Shown piece after piece: positions 18,343-28,401 of a stretch of 36,651 bases of DNA. How positions within the stretch are numbered: position 1 is the first letter of the stretch; each line of letters starts with the position of its first letter. The translations under genes and the position numbers were made by a program. The stretch is from Candidatus Moanibacter sp. (GTDB taxonomy: Bacteria > Verrucomicrobiota > Verrucomicrobiia > Opitutales > UBA2987). The notes under the pieces are model-generated. The model was not told where the DNA came from, searched no databases, and saw nothing but the letters and a program-made list of their open reading frames with translations. Location of the stretch: NCBI GenBank assembly GCA_965215885.1, contig CBDCEW010000072.1, forward strand, positions 1 to 36,651, read 5' to 3'.

Positions 18343-19659
18343 TCATGGATTGTCCGTTTTTGCGGAACCCTTCAACGCGTCCAGCGTGCGCCGATAAATT
18401 GGTGGCTCGGGCAGACCCCGCAGGAGTGGGTCGTCCGTTTCTTTCATCCAGTCGAAGAGTTTTGCTTTCAGGTGCGACACTTCATCGCGGCGGGAGGGAT
18501 CGTCTATTAGATTGAACTGCTCGAGAGGATCATTTTCGAGCGCGTAAAACTCGAGGGGCAGGTGCCGGGAGCGCGGTTGGTCTTCGATGAAGGCGACCGA
18601 TGAAAGCGGCCGCCAAAGTTGGGAGGAATCGTAGAAAGCGCGGCCCGGGGTGAAGTTGGCAATCAGTTTGTACCGATCTGTGCGGACAGCCCGGCTGACG
18701 TCGGGGTAGGCGTTGAAATTCTGCTCCGTAAAGAGCGTGTCCGCGGGTTCGTAGACCTCACCTCCCAGCAGGTTGCGAAAGCTGCGCCCGTGAACATTCC
18801 GCGGGATCGGTTGCCCGACTGCCTCCAGCAAAGTGGGCAAAAGGTCGACGCCGGAGAGCATCTCGGACACAATTCGGCCGCCCGCCCACCCGCCGGCCGG
18901 CCAGCGTACCAGAGCCGCGATCTCGCAACCCGGCTCGTAGAGACAGTGCTTGGCACGCGCGAAGGGAATGCCGTGGTCTCCGATAAATACGATGATTGTG
19001 TTCTCCGCTAAACCGGTTTGCTCGAATGCCTCGAGAATCCTGCCCATTGCTCCGTCGAGCCGGTGCAAAGCTCCCTGGAAGCCGGCGAAGTCCTCCCGCG
19101 CCGAGGGTTCATCTTCGATCCAAGGCGGAATAAAAATGCCCTCCTCGGAGTAGGGGTGAGTATCGTGTCTCTCAAACGGTCTGTGCGCCTGCGACCATCC
19201 GGCCTGGAGGTAGAAGGGGCACCCTCCCTCTTTGTGTGCGTGCAGGAAGGAAATGATTGAATCAGCTACACTGTCACACGAGGAGTCCCTGCAGGTCAAT
19301 CGGTCGAAAGGAAGGTCGTTTGGACGGAGGGTCTCGTGCTGAAACCCGGCTAAGGAGGTGTCGTAGCCGCTTTCGTGCAGGATGTGCGATAGGTGTCTCT
19401 CGTCCTCATGTAGATCGAATTCAAAGGTCGCCGCGCAGATACCGATCACCCCGTGACTATGCGGATATCGCCCGGTAAAGAGAGAAGCGCGGGCCGGGCT
19501 GCATTGAGGCGAGGTGCTGTGGAATCGGTCGAAACGGATACCCTCTGAGGCGAGGCGGTCGAGGTGGGGAGTACCCGCCTGGGGAACTCCGTAGCACCCG
19601 AGGTGCCTGCCGATGTCATGTGAAACGATTACGAAGATGTTGGGTCGGGCTTCAGTCAT
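18343..19659 (-). CDS. Formylglycine-dependent sulfatase (S1; sulfamidase-like)
   Basis: RPNIFVIVSHD, CSPARASLFTGRYP (CxPxR), GDHG, VRTDRYKLI. Confidence 0.92.
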   Translation of the reverse strand: MTEARPNIFVIVSHDIGRHLGCYGVPQAGTPHLDRLASEGIRFDRFHSTSPQCSPARASLFTGRYPHSHGVIGICAATFEFDLHEDERHLSHILHESGYDTSLAGFQHETLRPNDLPFDRLTCRDSSCDSVADSIISFLHAHKEGGCPFYLQAGWSQAHRPFERHDTHPYSEEGIFIPPWIEDEPSAREDFAGFQGALHRLDGAMGRILEAFEQTGLAENTIIVFIGDHGIPFARAKHCLYEPGCEIAALVRWPAGGWAGGRIVSEMLSGVDLLPTLLEAVGQPIPRNVHGRSFRNLLGGEVYEPADTLFTEQNFNAYPDVSRAVRTDRYKLIANFTPGRAFYDSSQLWRPLSSVAFIEDQPRSRHLPLEFYALENDPLEQFNLIDDPSRRDEVSHLKAKLFDWMKETDDPLLRGLPEPPIYRRTLDALKGSAKTDNP

Positions 19660-19732
19660 TTTCTCTGGTCGAGGATGAATTCGAGTACGATGTATAGATA
19701 TGATTCTGCTGAACGAGCCGTCGTTTCGGAAA

Positions 19733-19838
19733 CCTCGACCACGTTCTTGCGAGCGCGACTACAAATATGAACGACTTACTCTGCCGTACGGCAGAGTAGC
19801 TGACCCGCCGAGCGGGACAAGAACGTGGGGGGTTTTCA
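19733..19838. repeat. Composite REP module, left copy (inverted relative to 21471-21571)
   Basis: Core 19759-19800 matches the reverse complement of 21500-21541 at 41/42. Confidence 0.85.
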
Positions 19839-19936
19839 CGAAAAGCAAATACAATAGACGAATTGCGCCGGGAGCGATGAGGAAATTCCGTAACTTCACA
19901 GGAAATCTGCAACCTTCCGAGCGAAAAAAGCAAATT

Positions 19937-21451
19937 TCACTCCTTCAGCGTCCACACCGTCAGCCCTTTCAGGTTCGCCCGTTCTGTCCGGCGGAAAAGG
20001 CTGATTCCGAAAGCGCTGGCGACGAAAAGCAGGTTCACCAGAACTCCGACCCAGTAGGCGTGGATGCCGGGATCCCAGTTTTCCGGTACCCATTTGAGGA
20101 GCGCGAGTCCGAGATAGATATTAAAAAGGGTAGCTATAGCGAGGCTCACCAGGACCGAAAAATTATCAATGCGGACGGTGAAGAACCCGAGCATGAACAG
20201 CCCGACGAGGCAACCTCCGAAGACGGATGCGACGATCCAGCCCAAGTCGGTCATGCTCTCCTTTGGCAATGCGTTGAAAAGGATAGCGCCCAGCACCATC
20301 AGCGTACCCGCCGCGATCGCTATCCACCGCGCCGCTTTAAGGTAGAAAGCATCGTCTCGACCCCGCGCCAGATATGGCTTGAGAATGTCGACGACGGTTA
20401 TCGTGGCGATGCCGTTAAGACTCGAGTCCAGGCTCGACATGGCGGCTGCGATGGCACCGGCAATAACGAGGCCGGAGACGCCGGCCGGTAATTGGGTAAG
20501 AATGAAATACGGGAACACCTGATCAGCCTCCAGACCTTTCACCACGGGATCGGGAATTACCTGGTAGAAGACGTAAACACAGGTGCCGAGAAAGAAAAAA
20601 AACACCCACGTCGGTACCGCGACGAAAGTGTAGATGACAGTGGCTTTTCTCGCCTCTCGGATGGATTTGGAAGCAGCGTAACGCTGCACGAAATTCTGGT
20701 CAGTGTAATGCGCCAGCCAGCTGAAAATACCGAGTAACGCGATGGTCCAGAACGTTCGTTCTCCAAGTGCCCAATCAAAGGAGCCGAGACTGAATTTGTC
20801 CGCTGCCGCCGCCGTGGAAATCACTTGTTCGAATCCATAGGGGAGACGGTAGACCACTGCGATAAGGCAGAAGAGCCCGCCCAGCCAGAGGACGATGGAC
20901 TGCACGACGTCCGTCCAGATGACCGCCTGGATGCCGCCCGCCACAGTGTAGAAGCCGATGAATATTCCGAGGATCGCGATGACCAGGGCGATGGGCGCGC
21001 CGGTGAGAATGTGTATCGGAATAGCGACGAGGAAGAGGATCTTGGATATGCGGATGACTTGAAGTAAAAGGAAACTGATGGTGCCGTAGAGACGCACCAC
21101 CGGCCCATAGCGGTCCCCCAGATACTCGAAGGCGGAGGTTAAACGACCCCGGCGGAAAAATGGGATGAACACGAGAACGGCTAGAACCGCGACGAAGGGG
21201 AGCATGAGGTTCGCCACCAGTTGCCGCCAGTCGAGAATGTAGGCGGCGGCGGGAAAGGCGAGAAAGGTTACCGCGCTTATCGAGGTGCCCAGCATGGATA
21301 ACCCCACCGCCCATCCAGGGAAGGCCCGTTGCCCCAGGAAGTAGGCCTCCGTCGAGGTGTTGCGTCGCGCGAAATACACCCCGAAGGCCGCCATTCCGGC
21401 CAGGTAGGCCACGAGGACAACGCCGTCGAGAATCCTAAACTCGGTGATCAT
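19937..21451 (-). CDS. Sodium:solute symporter
   Basis: SAFEYLGDRY, GGIQAVIWTD, QNFVQRY, AAAMSSLDSSLN; many TM helices. Confidence 0.92.
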   Translation of the reverse strand: MITEFRILDGVVLVAYLAGMAAFGVYFARRNTSTEAYFLGQRAFPGWAVGLSMLGTSISAVTFLAFPAAAYILDWRQLVANLMLPFVAVLAVLVFIPFFRRGRLTSAFEYLGDRYGPVVRLYGTISFLLLQVIRISKILFLVAIPIHILTGAPIALVIAILGIFIGFYTVAGGIQAVIWTDVVQSIVLWLGGLFCLIAVVYRLPYGFEQVISTAAAADKFSLGSFDWALGERTFWTIALLGIFSWLAHYTDQNFVQRYAASKSIREARKATVIYTFVAVPTWVFFFFLGTCVYVFYQVIPDPVVKGLEADQVFPYFILTQLPAGVSGLVIAGAIAAAMSSLDSSLNGIATITVVDILKPYLARGRDDAFYLKAARWIAIAAGTLMVLGAILFNALPKESMTDLGWIVASVFGGCLVGLFMLGFFTVRIDNFSVLVSLAIATLFNIYLGLALLKWVPENWDPGIHAYWVGVLVNLLFVASAFGISLFRRTERANLKGLTVWTLKE

Positions 21452-21470
21452 ATGTCAGATTCGAATCCGT

Positions 21471-21571
21471 TGAAAAACCCCCACGTCCTTGCGAACGCGG
21501 CTACTCTGCCGTACGGCAGAGTAAGTCGTTGATATTTGTAGCCGCCCTGCCGTACGGCAGGGTGGTCGAGG
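21471..21571. repeat. Composite REP module, right copy
   Basis: See 19733-19838; contains two CTGCCGTACGGCAG palindromes. Confidence 0.85.
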
Positions 21572-22531
21572 ATTATGATACAAGGACTTTTTCAGCAGAT
21601 TCAGATTCAAGGCCGGACCCCAATGCACTCCGACTACAATTGATGTATTTCCAGTTGATGCACACGGTAGGATGAGACTTCCTCCTGGTAGGTCTGGGAT
21701 TCGAGGATCTCGCTGATGCGCGAATCCAAAACGCCATTACTCCACGCATTGACCTCCCAGAGGGCACCGATCATCGAGTCGAAATAGGCGGCATCCCGGA
21801 GGACGTTTTCAGTATTCTTCTTCTGATCGGTTCTGACAAGCTGATCGGCGTTAGTTTCCATTTCCTTTATCAAGGCCTCGACGCTTCCGGTCTCACCTAT
21901 GAGCCTGTAAAGATTTGTTTTAAAAAGGGCGCCGATTTCGGTACCCAATTGTTCGAGATTAAATCCGATTCTGTATCCTTCAAATTGAGGCATGAACGGT
22001 GCGATTTTCTCATGAGGTTTGATATTGGTCAAAGATGGTAGCCAGCCGCTTAATCGAGAAAATAGACTGTTACCCTCGCTGGATGTGAGAAACTGGAGAA
22101 AGTCGAGAGCCTCTTCGACGACTCTGGAGCGATTGTAGATCGCAAATGCAGGTTGAGCTCCAAAATTGGCCTCAGATTGCGGGCCGAGCATGAATTGACC
22201 ATATTCCGGATCGCCCGGAGTTGGAAGAGGAAGCTTGAAGATGCCGATCTCGAATGGAGCCTGGATTTCTATACTCCCGGCCTCCTTACTCTTTGCCACG
22301 ATCATGAGGGCGTGACCCTGAATAAATTGAAACAGGGCATCGTCCCGTTTTAACTGCAGAAATCCCGGCGTCATGTGATCGGCCACCTCCTTGATCAACC
22401 GGAGACCGCTTTCGATTTCGGGTTGTCTCAAGGTCCACCAGCCGCTGACGAGCGCTCCGGCGGTATCTGCCTGGAGTCCGTTGAGTTCATTGGTGGGTTC
22501 CATCTTGTAAGTCAGCTTCTGTGTCTGACTT

Positions 22532-24105
22532 GAATGGCGCTAAGATAAGCCCGATTAACGACGATTTTTGCCTTTGTTTCTGCGCGAGCGCGAGACTTTC
22601 ATTTTCCCTCGCGGCTTCGTTAGTAATTGGTAAGGTTTCGGTCTTCGTTTGACCGCTCGTGGTTCGCTGCGGTGTTCTCGTAGTGGAACAGTCTCCTCGG
22701 CAATAATCAGAACCATCTCGTCAATGATGCGTTGTTGCTTTCGAGGTTGCTTGCGGGTGGCGTTCAGAGCGGTGCAGTACTGCCGAACGGTGTCGACCGT
22801 GCTCTTGAAGCTGAGCCGATGCAGGTCACGCTGATAGAGGGTGGCGGCGTGTTGCATGAGGGCGCGGATGAGATTATAGGCGATAAAGAACAGCTGGATT
22901 TCCTTACGCACCATTTCGGGAGTAAGGCAGCGTACCGTTTCCATCTTCATAGTCGTTTTAATGTCGCGAAAAAACAGTTCCACTGACCAGCGGCGGAAGT
23001 AGAGATCGGCCAGATCCTCTACGGTGTATTGGAGGGGGTCGGTAAAGGTGGTCACAAGATCGATCTTTCGGGTACGGAATCCTTTGATCTGAACGAAGAA
23101 ACGCACCATTCGCAGAGTCAGTTCGGCCGGTAATTGAGCCCATTCTTCCGGGCTGAACCCGTGCTGTCTCTGCGGTTTTTTCCAGGTCACCAGCCGATCG
23201 TATCGGCCCAGTGTTTGGCCGCTACGGAAGTCGCATTTGCGCCTTTGGTGCAGGCGCATGACCGCGTCCATTTGATGGTTTAGAAGCAGCCCCAGATTGG
23301 CATAAGAGCAATAACCGCGGTCGCACAGAACCACCTCTGCTTTTTTCAAATACCCAACGAATTTGCGCAAAATGCCGCTTTCATGGTTTTTTAAGGTGGT
23401 CTCGACACAGTGCAGCAAGGCCCCGCTGGCCAAACAGAAACAGCCCACCAGAAGCATGACGGGAAATCCGCACCCCTCTTTCTGCCCCCCCGGGTTGGGG
23501 AAAGGCCCTCTGGTTCTGCTCGGTATCGGGCATACTGATCCCAGTACCGTCTATCACTCTGACCTCGTGCCCCTTCCACCGCTGCGCTTGCCTTACCTCC
23601 TTGTGTATCTGCTCGCTGACCTCTTCACCGATCTTTTGTAAGTCCTCTATACCTATGCGCTGACGTGCCTGGCAATAGGCCGAGGTGGAGGAACTGGGCA
23701 GGTTCAACTCCCGCTCACTACAGTAGCTCTGCACCTTTCTGACGACCTCCCGGCAGGCTGTCTGCGGGGAGAGCACCTGGAACAGAAAGCCCCAGAAGGT
23801 CGTTCTGAGTGAGTAGACTCGTTCCCGGCTGTTTTCTTTTTCGCTCTTGGGTTGCAAAACTCCCAGAGGAATCCACCGATCAAACAGATCCGACAACTCC
23901 GATAGAGTTGACTCTCTTAGATGAGCCAGTTTTTGCTTTAATTGTGCCAGGGCCGACTTAGGCGGGCGACCGCATAGAATGTGATTAAACCCAGGCAGGA
24001 ATCTTGTCATATTTTTCATACAACAAGATTAGCCTACTAACGGTCATAGTACAAGCTTTTTTACATATTTTTTACAATTATTTTTGGCTTATCTTAGCGC
24101 CATTC
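22532..24105 (-). mobile_element. IS4-family insertion sequence with 11-bp target duplication
   Basis: Perfect 20-bp TIR GAATGGCGCTAAGATAAGCC; GTGTCTGACTT at 22521-22531 and 24106-24116. Confidence 0.95.
22555..24019 (-). CDS. IS4 transposase, frameshifted at the C7 run 23485-23491
   Basis: SAYCQARQR, VIDGT, CDRGY, Y..RWSVELFFRDIK (YREK), EPRAVKRRPK. Confidence 0.88.
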
Positions 24106-24797
24106 GTGTCTGACTTCCAAAGAGCGACCTGAATAACAGGCGGACGTTTTCCTCGGATCCGGCGATGGCGGAGATATTCATTCCGCTTGAATGTCGGTAT
24201 TTCTCAACCGCCCGACAGAGATCAAGGAATTGGGAGAAGCTTTCGGGCGGGTCCTTATGGCCTGCTATCTTGGAAAGTAAATCGCGATTGTAGAAGACGC
24301 GCGTCGTCAATATTGTGACTGGGACGCCGTAGGTAGCCAACAGATTCGTATTGTAGGAAAAGGAGCAGCAAAGACCGTGTCCTTCCATGGAATACCATCG
24401 AGGCCGCTGCCGGCATTGTAGGGATTCGGTTGTTCGACGTAACGGGCGATGGGGAGAAAGTATCCGAGCAAGTCTTTGTTGTCCTGAGCCTCGGTCCGCA
24501 GGAGGATTATATCGGGAGCATTTCCGCCGAAGAGCTTGGTCTCCATCCAAATCTTGTAAACTCTTTCCGGAACCGCCAGCTGTTTGACCCTTATGTTCGG
24601 ATTGAGGGTTTCATAGCGGTCGATAACGGATTGGAGAGCCTCCCTGACGCCAGGTTGGAGGTTGGTATGAGCAATTTTGAGGATGGTTTGGTTCGGGGCG
24701 GATTCTTCCTCTTTGAGAGAGACCATTCTTACGATCGAAAGTAAGAAGCAGATCATGAGAAAGACGGCGCCGAAGCCGGTGAGGATGCGATCAGCGT

Positions 24798-25631
24798 TCA
24801 AAGCTGCAGCGCCTCCACTTCGGCGAGACGATCCTGAACAATGGTGGTGCGGAGTTCGCGGGGAAAACGATCGAGAAAGATGCGGTAGTACTTGATTGCC
24901 AGGGCGTGTTTACCGAGTTGTCGAGCCGTCTCGCCGATCCTCACGTAGATGCTGGCCAGGGAGCGGCTCTGGTGGAGATCGGAATCAGCCACAACCAGGA
25001 GGTGCTCCAAAGCGTTCTCTTTGGAAAGACCCAAACTCAGACAGGCTACTCCGACGACATAGTGAAAGTCGCGGATGGCGGGTCGGAATGTTAGATTCTT
25101 GCCCAGTTTCTCCAGGTTACGAAGACGATTCTCTTTTTCTTCCCGGGATGTTGGCTGGTAGAGTTGAGTCACTGCATATTTGGCCAGGGCTAATTGGGCA
25201 TAGGGATGTTGAGGCCATTGTTCAATGAGCTCCTCATGGAATCGAGAAGCGGCGTTCCAGTTCGGTTCAACTTGATGTGTCTGATTGATTCGGCCGAGAA
25301 AGTAGAATGAACGAATTGAGAGTTCGTCTTTATCTCCCTCGTTGGCAAAGGAGAGAAAGATCTCTCTGGCCGTCTCAATCTTCTCTACCGTTTTCGGTTG
25401 GACATTGAGCAGCATGAGCGCCTCCCCGAAACGGGCGCGCCTCAGCTCATTTCCGCCTGCCACGTCTTGCAGCGCTCTAAATTCTCTGTAGGCCTCTTCA
25501 TAGCGATACTCCGTCGCCTTGATCCATGGGCTCTTCAATCTGTCCGGAGCGATATTTTTGCCGGCAAGATTGGGCGCCAGAAACACCAGGCCAATGAGTC
25601 CGTTGAGTATCGAGTGCACGCAAGGGCGCAT
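24798..25631 (-). CDS. Exported TPR-like protein, translationally coupled to the binding-protein gene
   Basis: Signal-like N-terminus; helical YFLGRI and YVRIGETARQLG..A..YY..FL..FP repeats; ORF overlaps the downstream start. Confidence 0.7.
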   Translation of the reverse strand: MRPCVHSILNGLIGLVFLAPNLAGKNIAPDRLKSPWIKATEYRYEEAYREFRALQDVAGGNELRRARFGEALMLLNVQPKTVEKIETAREIFLSFANEGDKDELSIRSFYFLGRINQTHQVEPNWNAASRFHEELIEQWPQHPYAQLALAKYAVTQLYQPTSREEKENRLRNLEKLGKNLTFRPAIRDFHYVVGVACLSLGLSKENALEHLLVVADSDLHQSRSLASIYVRIGETARQLGKHALAIKYYRIFLDRFPRELRTTIVQDRLAEVEALQL

Positions 25632-25981
25632 GAGAAAGTCTCAGTTCCGACCTACGGAAGTGTCAAGGGCTGGGAATCTGCCGAGCTGGGACTCTCTGGT
25701 AGCTGCGCGATTTTACTAAGGTGCTCTCTCTGCTATATTCGTATTTCGCCGAAATACGAACATAGGCACTGAATCTGACGCTCGAGGAGAGCTTCGTCCG
25801 CCATTTCTTTCAGGACGCAGTATCCCTCACGCTGGAACTGCTCGAGTTTCGCAGCCGCTTCTGACGTTGAGATCGTGCTTGCGGTAATTTTAGCAGGATA
25901 GTGCTCTCCGTGGTAGATTCAGGAAGCTTCCGACTTGCTTATGCGTGGGAAACCTCACTGAATCTGAGGCGCATCGCTAGA

Positions 25982-28312
25982 ATGGATAAATTACAGATGA
26001 AAAAGGAAGATATTGATCTGGTTGTGGTGGGAGCAGGAATGTCGGGGCTGATGGCGGCGATGGCTGCCAAGTCAGAGGATCTGCGGGTACTGATAATCGA
26101 ACCGAGCAATGTGCTGGGCGGGCAGGGAACAGCGGGGGGAGTTGCCGGATTCTGCGGTGATTCAAATCGCACAAACGGGCTCTTTCAGGAACTGATCGGC
26201 CGGCTCGAGGAGCACGACTTCATCAATCCCTACAATCCCAATGCCGATCGGCGCGAGTTCGAATTGGAATGGTGCGCCTATTATCTACAGGAGATGGTAC
26301 TGGAACGAGGCATAGAAATACTCCTGCATTCAAGGGTTATCGATGCTAAAGCAGAGGATGGATGCGTCACTGAGCTGACTGTATCAACGGCTGGCGGAAT
26401 ATTGGTATATCGGCCGCGCTTTGTCGTCGATGCCTCCGGAATCTGTGTCGTTCCGCACACGACCGGATTCCCGGTCATCAGCGAGGGTGCGAACAAACAT
26501 CTGCCGATGAGTCTCTACTTCACGCTTTGGGACTCGGGCAAGAAGGTGGAGCCCTTTCTTCCGCCGGGATTGCCGCGCTGGACGAACGACGATGAAGTTC
26601 CGATGACGACCCTCCATATGTTCGACACCGGAAAAGTTGAGATTAAAATGAAGGTGGTCGGCTTCGATGCGGCCGACGGATTCGGCCGGTCCAAAGCTGA
26701 GATCTTCGCGCGCCGGCAGATGGTCGCGCTCATTTACTACCTGCAGACTCACGGATATAAGGGCAAAAAGCTGGATACTCACGTGTTGGCTTCGGTGTCG
26801 CGTGGGATTGGAGTTCGGGAGGAACGCCGCATTGTGGGCGAGCACGTAGTCACCGACGAGAAAGCAAAACATGGTGTGGTCTTCGAAGATGCGGTGGCAG
26901 TGAATACCTATCACCTTGATTTTCACTGGACTGACAAACTGGAGCGGGCCGGCACCGGAATCACAACGATGGTGGAACCGTACCATATACCGCTGCGAGC
27001 CCTGACGCCGAAAGGAGCAAAGAATCTCCTCGTCCCTGGCCGAGGCGCTTCCGCTGAGCAACTGGCTATGAGTTCGTTTCGAGTAATGGCTGTCGTTCAA
27101 GGAATGGGATTTGGCGCGGGAAAGGCGGTGCGTCAGTGCCTTGAGGACGAAACCGATTTAACGAATATCGATATTCGAAAATTGCAAGCGACTATTGAAT
27201 CCGAAGGGCAATCGCTCGACCTCGCATACTACGGCGATTACCAGAGAAAGATACTCCTCATCAGGGAGCATGTCTTCAGCGACGATCGCCCTTTTGCCCA
27301 ATGCCACGCCTCCACCCTCGTCCAGTTGCGCAATAATCGCATCCTGGCGTCCTGGTTCGGCGGCACGTGCGAAGGACACGAGGACGTCGGGATCTGGATT
27401 GCCGAACGTTATGAAGGGAGATGGTCGCCGCCGAAGCTCCTGGCAAAGGTCAAGAATGAACCTCATTTCAATCCGGTGCTCTTTCACGCACCGGACGGAG
27501 TGGTCCACGCTTTCTTTAAGGTTGGGCCGAACGCCCGGGAGTGGCGTACATGGACAATGACATCGGCCGACGAGGGGGCCACCTGGAGCGAGGCACGTGA
27601 AATCGCGCCTGAGGATCCACTCGCATCGGGCCCGGTGAAGGATAAGGCAATTATCCTTGCCGACGGCACATGGCTGGCGCCGAACTCGGTGGAAACCTCC
27701 GATCAGTGGGATGTGTTTGTGGACCGTAGCGCTGACGGTGGCGCGACGTGGGAGCATAGTGCGTTTGTGTCTATTGACCACGCCGCCTTCGAAGGGAGAG
27801 GCGCCATCCAGCCGACCCTGTGGGAATCGGAACCGGGTGTGGTGCACATGCTTGTGCGCACGACGGGCGGAAGAATCTGGCGAAGCGATTCCGATGACGG
27901 AGGGAAAAGCTGGAAACCCCTTTACGAAACCGACCTTCCCAATAACAACAGTGGCATCGATCTGGCAAAGCTGCACGACGGTACGCTCGCGCTCGTTTAC
28001 AATCACACCGGTGAGCAGGGTGTAAGGTCGCCTCTCAGCATCGCGCTTTCCTTCAACAATGGAAAGACGTGGCCGCACCGGCTCGATATTGAATCCGAGG
28101 AGGGCGAATACTCCTATCCCGCAATCATTCCGACGACGATGGGCATGGCGATAACCTACACGTGGAAACGCGAACGCGTCGCCTTCTGGCACGGCTCGAT
28201 CGAACAGGTAACGCTGCCTAATATCGAACTCAAAATGGGCACGGGAACCCCGGTCGCGTATACTCCCGAAGGTGAAGGTATTTCCGCGAAGGAACTCTCG
28301 GGGACTAAGTAG
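25982..28312 (+). CDS. FAD-dependent oxidoreductase fused to a BNR/Asp-box (sialidase-like) beta-propeller
   Basis: DLVVVGAGMSG, GVREERRIVG, IPLRAL; then CHASTL, four Asp-boxes (SADEGATW, SADGGATW, SDDGGKSW, SFNNGKTW), PNNNSGID, EYSYPAI. Confidence 0.88.
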   Translation: MDKLQMKKEDIDLVVVGAGMSGLMAAMAAKSEDLRVLIIEPSNVLGGQGTAGGVAGFCGDSNRTNGLFQELIGRLEEHDFINPYNPNADRREFELEWCAYYLQEMVLERGIEILLHSRVIDAKAEDGCVTELTVSTAGGILVYRPRFVVDASGICVVPHTTGFPVISEGANKHLPMSLYFTLWDSGKKVEPFLPPGLPRWTNDDEVPMTTLHMFDTGKVEIKMKVVGFDAADGFGRSKAEIFARRQMVALIYYLQTHGYKGKKLDTHVLASVSRGIGVREERRIVGEHVVTDEKAKHGVVFEDAVAVNTYHLDFHWTDKLERAGTGITTMVEPYHIPLRALTPKGAKNLLVPGRGASAEQLAMSSFRVMAVVQGMGFGAGKAVRQCLEDETDLTNIDIRKLQATIESEGQSLDLAYYGDYQRKILLIREHVFSDDRPFAQCHASTLVQLRNNRILASWFGGTCEGHEDVGIWIAERYEGRWSPPKLLAKVKNEPHFNPVLFHAPDGVVHAFFKVGPNAREWRTWTMTSADEGATWSEAREIAPEDPLASGPVKDKAIILADGTWLAPNSVETSDQWDVFVDRSADGGATWEHSAFVSIDHAAFEGRGAIQPTLWESEPGVVHMLVRTTGGRIWRSDSDDGGKSWKPLYETDLPNNNSGIDLAKLHDGTLALVYNHTGEQGVRSPLSIALSFNNGKTWPHRLDIESEEGEYSYPAIIPTTMGMAITYTWKRERVAFWHGSIEQVTLPNIELKMGTGTPVAYTPEGEGISAKELSGTK

Positions 28313-28401
28313 TCCGGAATTTCACCCACCTGTATTCTTTTCGCTCGAGGTACGGCGGCAGTTGAGATTTCCAGACAGCGGGTGTTCGACATTCGATTAC
28401 G

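Larger units (their letters stand above)
21634..24801 (-). pseudogene. ABC transporter extracellular solute-binding protein interrupted by IS4, with an extra frameshift at ~24358-24361
   Basis: LKIAH..Q.GVREAL..VIDRYE.LNP.I.V.Q, APDI, RVFYNRDL, FLQFLTS; removing the IS and one TSD copy restores LFGSQTQKLTYKMEP in frame. Confidence 0.85.

Noticed and set aside
19700..20491. Long antisense ORFs (also 7704-8552, 10637-11365, 15411-16205, 27158-28192, 35612-36394)
   Set aside because: They overlap well-supported genes on the opposite strand, have no motifs, and are expected shadows in GC-rich coding DNA
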